Source: an uncultured Bdellovibrionales bacterium (lineage in GTDB: Bacteria; Patescibacteriota; Minisyncoccia; Moranbacterales; UBA1568). Taken from it: 64,000 bases of DNA. Location of the stretch: positions 103,638 to 167,637 of the forward strand of contig CAZQLN010000001.1 in assembly GCA_964594215.1 (NCBI GenBank), given 5' to 3'. Shown here piece after piece: positions 57,466 to 64,000 of the stretch. The translations under genes and the position numbers were made by a program. Position 1 is the stretch's first letter, and each line of letters begins with the position of its first letter. Below the pieces are notes generated by a model that worked only from the letters and a program-made list of their open reading frames with translations, had not been told where the DNA came from and did no database searches.

Positions 57466-59388
57466 TTAGGAAAAACGGAGTGGATGACGATCAATAGTAT
57501 AAAAAGGTGAGAGTTTAATCAGAGCTTCCTCAAAGCTCGGGGGCAGCGGTTCGAGTATACGTAACAGGACGGTGGCGTTTTTACGGAGAGAGAGTTTTTT
57601 GTTTTCGGGGAGAGCTATTTTGCATTCAGGAAAGGTAGTCTCTAGGGCTTTGAGAGCTAGGGCAGCTTTTTTCTCTCCGGGGGCAGCGAGAGCATTCTTA
57701 GTCAGGGCGAAAGTAGTACTTGCTGGTGGGTATCCGAGAGCAATCCGATCTTCAAGAAGTCCGAGAGCAATAGTTTGGTAGTCTTTTTCTTCTAAACTTC
57801 TTAAGAAGTGATGCTCCGGTTCAAAGGTCTGGATGACGAGTTTTGGGAGATTCTTTCCAGTGCCTGCTCCAAGTTTGGTAATAGTTTGTAAAAAGCGCTC
57901 ATTTCCGCGAAAATCTATGTCAGAAAGAGCATTATCCGCGTCAATCATAGCAACCAAAGCAAGATTGGGCAAGGGAAATTTTTTCTCTAGCATGTGGGTG
58001 CCGACAGCGATTCCGATCTTACCTGAGACAAGCTTTTGGTACGTTTGAGTCAGGTCTTTGTGCTTGCGGATAGTCTCTCCATCAAAACGAGCTATTTGAG
58101 AATAGGGGAAAAGTTTTTGCAGTTCTTTTTCTATTTTTTCACTTCCAATACCACGTTGCCAAAATACAAGGTGACCACAGTTATGACAGCTTGGAAACAG
58201 ACTTGTCTGATAATCACAGCCCGGACAGGTGTAGCGACCATTCTTGTCTTCACGGAGAGCATGAGTAGTCTTAGGACAGCGGAAGATTTTTTTGCAACCA
58301 GCGCAGACTGAATACGAAGCGATACCACGCTGAGGCACGATCACCAGAGCCTGCTTACCTGCCTTGAGGGTTTCAAGAAGAGTAGTGCGAAGTTCTTCGC
58401 TGATTGGGGAAAAGTTTTTGCGGTAGCGTTCGAGACGGAGATTGATCAGAGTGGCATTGGAGAGTACGGGAGTAGAGGGCGGAGCTTGGAGTAATAGAAG
58501 ATTCTTGCTCTGTATTTCATAAAAACTTTCCAGACTTGGTGAGTTGGTAGTGTACAGGAGTTTAGCTTGGTGAAGTTGGCTAAGTGCTTTGGCTTCGAGG
58601 CGGGTATGATAACGAGGGCTCATGTCCCATTGTTTGTAGCCCTGGTCTTGTTCTTCAGTGATGATAATAGTGCCAAGCTCACTAAATGGTGCAAACAGAC
58701 CTTGGCGAGTAGCGAGAATGACAGTAGCTTCACCTGATTGAATACGCTTCCAATTACTTTTGTATTCTTTGGGTGTGAGATGACTGTGGAGAACAGCGAT
58801 AGTATAGGGTGAGAAATAGTTTTGAGCCTCCTCTTCGAGGGCCATGAGTTGGAGAATTTCTGGTACAAGGACCAAGGTTTGTTTATTCTTAAGATGAGTT
58901 TTCTTGGCCAGAGCAAAAGCAAACGTATTATTGAGCTGGTCATTGACATACAGGGCGGGCTTTTTTTGTTTCCAGAAACGCTCTAAAAGAGCCACTTCAT
59001 TTTTCTTAAGTAGCGGTACGTTAGCAGGCTCATGTACAAGCGGTGTATCAGCTAGCTTCTTAGCGGTTTTGGGAATGGCGTGGCGGAGGACTTTTCCAAG
59101 AGGAGTGAAGTTTGATTTAGCAATTTCTAGGCCGAAAGCAATCTGCTTTTCTGTTAATAGAGAAGCTTCTTTGGTATGAATGATACTTTTGATCCACACA
59201 GGAAAAGAGCCCTTTTTGGTAACACAGTCAGTACTGATGCCTTCTAGAGTTTGACTACCAAAAGGGATTTCTACCAAACTGCCAAAAGGAACAGGTGCTT
59301 CGCTTTTGTAAGTGAAGTAGGGTGAGCGGGTAAGGGGTAGAAGGGTCAGCGGGATGACTTCAACTTGGTAGGGGAATTTGGTAGGCAT
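57466..59388 (-). CDS. priA: Primosomal protein N' (PriA) with degenerate helicase motifs
   Basis: V.IPFG, LVLVPEI, HS.LT, YKQ...PRYH, PSLES, Cys-rich region, QTF.PEH; priA-def-fmt synteny. Confidence 0.88.
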   Translation of the reverse strand: MPTKFPYQVEVIPLTLLPLTRSPYFTYKSEAPVPFGSLVEIPFGSQTLEGISTDCVTKKGSFPVWIKSIIHTKEASLLTEKQIAFGLEIAKSNFTPLGKVLRHAIPKTAKKLADTPLVHEPANVPLLKKNEVALLERFWKQKKPALYVNDQLNNTFAFALAKKTHLKNKQTLVLVPEILQLMALEEEAQNYFSPYTIAVLHSHLTPKEYKSNWKRIQSGEATVILATRQGLFAPFSELGTIIITEEQDQGYKQWDMSPRYHTRLEAKALSQLHQAKLLYTTNSPSLESFYEIQSKNLLLLQAPPSTPVLSNATLINLRLERYRKNFSPISEELRTTLLETLKAGKQALVIVPQRGIASYSVCAGCKKIFRCPKTTHALREDKNGRYTCPGCDYQTSLFPSCHNCGHLVFWQRGIGSEKIEKELQKLFPYSQIARFDGETIRKHKDLTQTYQKLVSGKIGIAVGTHMLEKKFPLPNLALVAMIDADNALSDIDFRGNERFLQTITKLGAGTGKNLPKLVIQTFEPEHHFLRSLEEKDYQTIALGLLEDRIALGYPPASTTFALTKNALAAPGEKKAALALKALETTFPECKIALPENKKLSLRKNATVLLRILEPLPPSFEEALIKLSPFYTIDRHPLRFS

Positions 59389-59394
59389 AGCTCT

Positions 59395-59403
59395 ATTGTA
59401 GCA
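59395..59403 (-). promoter_or_regulatory. Extended -10 (TGCTACAAT) 6 nt upstream of the priA ATG; leaderless promoter candidate
   Basis: Minus strand reads tgcTACAATagagctATG. Confidence 0.55.
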
Positions 59404-59472
59404 GGGAAGGGGTGAGCAAGACAGTTGATTTTTCAGCTATTCTAAGGTAGGGTAGGGCTACACAAAACCTTT

Positions 59473-60024
59473 ATGCAGCCACGTTATCGTCGTCTTTTTA
59501 TTGGTATTCCAGTCTCGCCCCTCTTGAGAAAGCGTCTTTCTCGAGAGTTTTCGTCTTGGCCAGAAGAGGCTACTTTGCCGACTCGTACCGAAAATCTTCA
59601 CATCCTTCTTCATCACTTAGGGTTTCTCCTCGAGGATGATATTTTTGAGGTGACCGAAAAAATAGCTGAGGCTGTCAAAGATATTCAGGCTTTTGATATT
59701 GCTCTTGATCAGATCACACTTATGGAAAGTGCCGAGAATCCCAAGGAAATTTGGCTTACTGGTGGAGATAATGAAGAATTGTTATCACTCAAGCAGGCTC
59801 TTATTGAAGCTTTTACGAATAAGACGCATGGACTCAAAACTTTTAGCCCGCATGTTATTCTGGCTAAGATTAAGAAAAGTAAGTGGCTCAAGCTAGATCC
59901 GGCACCTACTGTAGAAAAACAGGTTAATTTCATTGAACCAGTCGATGAAGTAATACTCTACGAAAGTCTGACTATTGATGGTAAACGAACCTACGAAGCC
60001 ATCGACACCTTTCCGTTGCAATAA
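59473..60024 (+). CDS. thpR: 2H phosphoesterase (ThpR/LigT, RNA 2',3'-cyclic phosphodiesterase family)
   Basis: RLFIGI, ENLHILL..LG, FSPHVILAK, LYES.L....TYE. Confidence 0.8.
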   Translation: MQPRYRRLFIGIPVSPLLRKRLSREFSSWPEEATLPTRTENLHILLHHLGFLLEDDIFEVTEKIAEAVKDIQAFDIALDQITLMESAENPKEIWLTGGDNEELLSLKQALIEAFTNKTHGLKTFSPHVILAKIKKSKWLKLDPAPTVEKQVNFIEPVDEVILYESLTIDGKRTYEAIDTFPLQ

Positions 60025-60062
60025 AAAAGCGACCTTACCATTTGGTTCGGCCGCTCTTTTGT
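60022..60062. terminator. Probable bidirectional terminator (imperfect stem)
   Basis: taaaaaagcgacc-ttaccatttggttc-ggccgctcttttgt between convergent genes. Confidence 0.5.
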
Positions 60063-60082
60063 GAAGATTTCTTCGATTTAGA

Positions 60083-60343
60083 CTAGTGCTTCCTGGTTTC
60101 TCGCAATTTTGCTATTACGAGAAAAAGTACGAAAAGTGGAACAACGATGACAAACAGGGGCCAAAGTTTTCTCGCATTGTCAGCGTTGATAAGGAAAAGA
60201 ACATTCCACATAGCCGACCCTCCAAAAAGGCTGGCAAAGGCGCCCAGTTTGATTCTTGTGGCCCTGGCTTCGGCTGCTCGATACCCACTGAGACTGAAAC
60301 CTTGGTTGGAATGAGAGCTTCTCCGGGCGAGTGTCTTTTTCAT
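60083..60343 (-). CDS. Small hypothetical protein: basic N-terminus and two TM helices
   Basis: GAGGGAG Shine-Dalgarno before ATG 60343; upstream TTGACA-17-TAGTAT. Confidence 0.6.
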   Translation of the reverse strand: MKKTLARRSSHSNQGFSLSGYRAAEARATRIKLGAFASLFGGSAMWNVLFLINADNARKLWPLFVIVVPLFVLFLVIAKLRETRKH

Positions 60344-60387
60344 CCTTTGTCTCCCTCGTGAAGATGTGGCAGGAACTGATAGCTGGT

Positions 60388-60416
60388 ATACTAGGGTCAT
60401 AGACCCCTTATGTCAA
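60388..60416 (-). promoter_or_regulatory. sigma70-like promoter for the 60343 ORF
   Basis: Minus strand TTGACA (60416-60411), 17 nt, TAGTAT (60393-60388); overlaps the start codon of the divergent gene. Confidence 0.55.
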
Positions 60417-61075
60417 TACAGATACTTGGAGTTTCATTTATGCCGCTGACCAAAGAGGTTGTGCTGAATCAAGCGCAAGAGTCTTTGGCATCTCAGAAAA
60501 ACCTACGCATCGCTACGGTTAATCCAGAGTATTTATTGGCAGGGCAGGGGAATGAGCGATTTCAGGAAAGTCTAAAAAAAGCCGATCTACGTCTAGTCGA
60601 TGGCTTCGGTATTCAATTTGTAAGTTGGCTACGAGGAGTGCGCTTGTCTCGAGTGACGGGAGCGGAGCTTTTACCAGAGCTTCTCACTTTGTCAGAGCAA
60701 CAAAATATTCCAGTGGTGATTTACAACAAGTCTGGGGGATTGAGTAGCGAGCAAGATATTACTCTGGTCCTAGAAAAAAAATATCCGCATCTTCAGGTGC
60801 ACTATAATACAGAATTAATAGAATACAGCTTGGTTCTCTGTAATTATGGAGCACCGGAACAAGAATTACTTCTTGATACTCTGGAGACTCCTAGTATCAA
60901 GATAGGAGTTGGAGGAGCACTGGATTATCTGACGGGTAAACAATCACGAGCTCCATTGTTTCTCCAGAACAGTGGCCTCGAATGGCTTTGGCGACTCATT
61001 CACCAACCCAAGCGTCTTAAGCGCATATGGAGAGCGGTTGTTATTTTCCCTCTACGTGCACTATTCTCCAAATAA
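60410..61075 (+). CDS. WecB/TagA/CpsF-family glycosyltransferase (GT26)
   Basis: TVNPE, LVDGFGI, RVTGAEL, GAPEQE, GVGGALD, RAP, GLEWLWRL..QPKR. Confidence 0.92.
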   Translation: MSIQILGVSFMPLTKEVVLNQAQESLASQKNLRIATVNPEYLLAGQGNERFQESLKKADLRLVDGFGIQFVSWLRGVRLSRVTGAELLPELLTLSEQQNIPVVIYNKSGGLSSEQDITLVLEKKYPHLQVHYNTELIEYSLVLCNYGAPEQELLLDTLETPSIKIGVGGALDYLTGKQSRAPLFLQNSGLEWLWRLIHQPKRLKRIWRAVVIFPLRALFSK

Positions 61076-61096
61076 TGCCATAATAGAGCCATATAA

Positions 61097-62602
61097 ATGC
61101 AAAATATGTCTAATATTAAACCCCGAGTCCGTTTCGCACCATCTCCCACTGGTTATCTCCATGTGGGGGGTCTACGTACTGCTCTCTACAACTATCTCTT
61201 TGCTCATAAGCATGGGGGAACATATATTCTGCGTATCGAAGACACTGATCAATCTCGCTTGGTAGAGGATGCCACTTTGAAGCTAGTTCAGTCTCTTGAT
61301 CATATGGGAGTCAGCGCTTCTGAAGGAGTGTTCTATGAAAAAGGCATAATAGAGAAAGGCGACAAAGGACCTTATCAACAATCTAAGCGTCTTTCAATTT
61401 ATCGTGAGTATGTTGATAAGCTAGTAGCTAGTAGCCATGCTTACCCATGCTTTTGTACCGTTGAACGTCTTGATACTCTCCGTAAAGAACAGATGGCTAA
61501 TAAGCAAGCTCCAAAATACGATAAACACTGTGCCAACTTATCAAAAGTTGATGTACAAACACTACTCGATGCCGAGGCTCCACATGTGATTCGTCTCGAC
61601 GTCACTCCGGGTGTAGATATAACTTTCCAAGATCTGGTTCGTGGCGAAGTGCGTATCAATACCAAAGAAGTTGATGACCAAGTCCTACTTAAGACTGATG
61701 GTTTTCCGACCTACCATCTTGCCAATGTCGTCGACGACTATCTTATGGGCATCACCCATGTGATTCGTGGTGAGGAGTGGCTACCGAGTACACCGAAACA
61801 TGTTTTGTTGTATCAGGCTTTTGGTTGGGATATCCCTGAGTTTGCTCATCTTCCATTACTTCTCAATCCTGACAAGAGCAAGCTCTCTAAGCGTCAGGGT
61901 GATGTAGCGGTAGAAGATTATCTCGCCAAAGGTTATCTCGAAGAAGCTCTTATCAATTTCGTCGCTCTTCTTGGTTGGAATCCGGGCGAAGGGAGTGTTC
62001 AAGAAATTTTCAGTTTAGAGGAACTCATTCAAGCCTTTGACCTTGCGCATGTCCATAAGGGGGGAGCAGTATTTGATCACAAGAAGCTCGATTGGATGAA
62101 TAGCGAGTATATCAAGAAGCTTTCTCTTGATGAGCTCTATTCTCGTATCAAAGTCGGCGGCTGGTTCGCCAAAGAACTCATTGCAGAGGCACCAGAAAAC
62201 ATGCAAACCGAAGCGTATCTCAAGAAAGTTTTGGCCATCGAACAAGAACGTCTTTCACAACTCTCTCTAGTAGGAGATGAGAATCCTTTTTTCTTCCAAG
62301 AACACCTCACCTACGAAAAAAGTTTGCTTACCTGGAAAGAAAACACTGATGACATGACTCGAGAAGCTCTCACTAAGGCAATCAGTATCTTGGAAACTTT
62401 TTCAGATGATCAGTGGGAAGACAAAACTTTTATTGAAACCACTCTTCTTGAGGCAGCAGCGGATAAGAAGGGGGATTTCCTTTGGCCACTCCGTGTCGCT
62501 CTCTCTGGAGCCCAGAAATCACCTTCACCTTTTGAAATTCTCTTTGTTTTAGGTAAAGATACCTCTCTCAAGCGTCTCGAGACTGCCTTAGGGCTCTTCT
62601 AA
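61097..62602 (+). CDS. gltX: Glutamate--tRNA ligase
   Basis: RFAPSPTGYLHVGG, LRIEDTD, PTYH, ITHVIRGEEW, KLSKR, anticodon-binding domain PLRVALSG. Confidence 0.97.
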   Translation: MQNMSNIKPRVRFAPSPTGYLHVGGLRTALYNYLFAHKHGGTYILRIEDTDQSRLVEDATLKLVQSLDHMGVSASEGVFYEKGIIEKGDKGPYQQSKRLSIYREYVDKLVASSHAYPCFCTVERLDTLRKEQMANKQAPKYDKHCANLSKVDVQTLLDAEAPHVIRLDVTPGVDITFQDLVRGEVRINTKEVDDQVLLKTDGFPTYHLANVVDDYLMGITHVIRGEEWLPSTPKHVLLYQAFGWDIPEFAHLPLLLNPDKSKLSKRQGDVAVEDYLAKGYLEEALINFVALLGWNPGEGSVQEIFSLEELIQAFDLAHVHKGGAVFDHKKLDWMNSEYIKKLSLDELYSRIKVGGWFAKELIAEAPENMQTEAYLKKVLAIEQERLSQLSLVGDENPFFFQEHLTYEKSLLTWKENTDDMTREALTKAISILETFSDDQWEDKTFIETTLLEAAADKKGDFLWPLRVALSGAQKSPSPFEILFVLGKDTSLKRLETALGLF

Positions 62603-62653
62603 AGCTTTTTGTGTCTAGTAAAAACTGGTTTTTCATGGTATAATCGATGTACT

Positions 62654-63925
62654 ATGAAAGCTCAGAAACCGTTCTCTTCGCTACAATTTCTTCTTTTGCT
62701 GGTCATTGTCGGAGCAGGGGGTTTTGCTCTAGGTCAGGTGGCTGTTTACGGAGCAGACAGCGTTTCCCAATTGAGTAGTGATGCCAAGAAACGAGCTGAT
62801 GACTTGCAAGCTCTTGATGACAAACTCAAAGCTCAAATCAAAGCCTACGAAAATATTATCGAACTCAAAAACCGTCAGGGAGCAACACTTGATGATCAGA
62901 TCAAAGCCCTTGATGCCCAAGCAAGCAAACTCGAACTTGAGATAGAAGAAAACAAAAGGAAATCAGAAGCCCTACACAGTGATATCCAATCTCTCTCTTC
63001 TCGTGTAGCTGAGAAGACAGCACTTGTAGATCAGCAAAAGCAAATTCTTTCCGAGATCATGCGCCAGTACCAGTCGCAGTACTCAAGTGATATCTCACCT
63101 TTTCTCCTCACTGCTGATGAGAGTGTCTCATACTTCAATCAAAATTCTTGGAACAATGACTTAGGAGATAAACTAAGTGATATTTTGAGTTCCGTCAAAG
63201 ACCTGCGTGAGGATCTCGTGAAAGAACAGGATGCCTTGGAGAATAAGAAGAAGCTAGCGGATACGCTTCAGAGCCAGCTGGCTGACCGTAATGACTATCT
63301 GGAGTCTACCAAGAACAACAAAGCAGCGTTGTTGAATAAGACGACAGCCGAGGCTGATAAGTATGAGAACCTAGTCGATGATCTTCAGAAACAGCGTGAA
63401 GAGATTGATTCTGAAATTGAAGATATCGAAGCCGGTAAGATCAATAGTCTAGCCGATCTCCCAAAGTACAAGAAAGGACTTCTCGATTATCCAGTAAAGA
63501 GTGTACGTATTAGTCAGGGATACGGTAAGACGAGTTTTTCTGGCAAAGCCTATGCTAGTGGTAAACACAATGGTCTCGACTTCGCTGGTTCTGCGGGAAC
63601 TACTCTCATGGCTGCAGCCAGTGGCCGGGTAGTTGGTACAGGTGACCTCGGCAAATATGCCTATGGCCGCTGGGTAGCGATTGATCATGGGAATGGTATC
63701 GTGACGCTCTATGGTCACATGCGAAGAATCACTACTACTCGAGGAGCGACAGTCAAACAGGGTGACAAGATTGGAGAAATGGGAAGTACAGGATATTCTA
63801 CCGGTACTCATGTTCACTTCACAGTATTTGCCGCGAGTTCATACGAACTTCTACCGTCCACCAAAGTCAAAGGCCTCCGCATCCCAGTTGGCGCTACGGT
63901 GAACCCAAGCGTGTACCTTCCTTAA
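62654..63925 (+). CDS. Coiled-coil + M23 peptidase (EnvC/CwlO-like murein hydrolase)
   Basis: Signal/TM segment, long coiled coil, HNGLD, YGHM, GSTGYSTGTHVHF; TGGTATAAT 9 nt upstream of ATG 62654. Confidence 0.92.
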   Translation: MKAQKPFSSLQFLLLLVIVGAGGFALGQVAVYGADSVSQLSSDAKKRADDLQALDDKLKAQIKAYENIIELKNRQGATLDDQIKALDAQASKLELEIEENKRKSEALHSDIQSLSSRVAEKTALVDQQKQILSEIMRQYQSQYSSDISPFLLTADESVSYFNQNSWNNDLGDKLSDILSSVKDLREDLVKEQDALENKKKLADTLQSQLADRNDYLESTKNNKAALLNKTTAEADKYENLVDDLQKQREEIDSEIEDIEAGKINSLADLPKYKKGLLDYPVKSVRISQGYGKTSFSGKAYASGKHNGLDFAGSAGTTLMAAASGRVVGTGDLGKYAYGRWVAIDHGNGIVTLYGHMRRITTTRGATVKQGDKIGEMGSTGYSTGTHVHFTVFAASSYELLPSTKVKGLRIPVGATVNPSVYLP

Positions 63926-63939
63926 AACCGTAGGATAAT

Positions 63940-64000
63940 ATGAAACACCTGATACGGACACGGTTTGCGAAAGATATTGTGGCGGAAGTACAGTTGCCTG
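63940..64000 (+). CDS. 5' end of a CDS running off the window (MKHLIRTRFAKDIVAEVQLP...)
   Basis: ATG 14 nt after upstream stop, frame open to window end. Confidence 0.45.
   Translation, partial: MKHLIRTRFAKDIVAEVQLP

Noticed and set aside
1-64000. Many 60-220 aa alternative-frame or antisense ORFs in the track (e.g. 22377-23009, 24957-25613, 46845-47468, 54094-54585)
   Set aside because: They lie inside or opposite well-supported genes and show no recognisable motifs; treated as shadow ORFs.
1-64000. CRISPR arrays, tRNA/rRNA, IS elements, integrases, prophage or reverse-transcriptase systems
   Set aside because: Intergenic gaps are nearly all under 150 bp, and no repeat-spacer pattern, cloverleaf or mobile-element protein was recognised by eye. 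tRNAscan, Infernal and CRISPR finders would be needed to exclude them formally.

Overview
Gene-dense bacterial window (standard genetic code; most starts lack a Shine-Dalgarno sequence). Gene style and content suggest a small-genome Patescibacteria/CPR organism; this is an inference. About 1-53.7 kb is one very large cell-surface glycan locus in alternating-strand blocks. It encodes 9 GT4, 7 GT2 domains, about 7 polytopic GT-C-like proteins, 2 Wzx-type flippases, GtrA, a UPF0104 flippase-like protein, 6 SAM methyltransferases, an AsnB-type amidotransferase, 2 nucleotide-sugar dehydrogenases, an O-antigen-ligase-like protein and an LCP protein. Housekeeping and envelope genes follow (ctpA, a rhodanese-like protein, fmt, def, priA, thpR-like, TagA/WecB, gltX, M23 peptidase). 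The two best candidates for undescribed systems are: (1) a divergent RtcB-family 'RNA ligase' coupled to a thymidylate-kinase-like protein, sitting between a GT4 and a flippase in a glycan operon (36.7-41.6 kb); (2) a HAD + GlmU-like nucleotidyltransferase + CofD/YvcK-GT2 fusion + GT2 + GtrA + GT-C module (3.5-9.8 kb). Also seen: a 1-bp frameshift in an ArnT-like gene, a perfect antisense sigma70 promoter with a candidate ~100-nt sRNA, three self-contained small orphan genes, and several apparent pseudo-enzymes (PriA, ThpR-like, rhodanese). No rRNA, tRNA, CRISPR array or transposase was recognised. All family calls are from motif recognition by eye; no searches were run.
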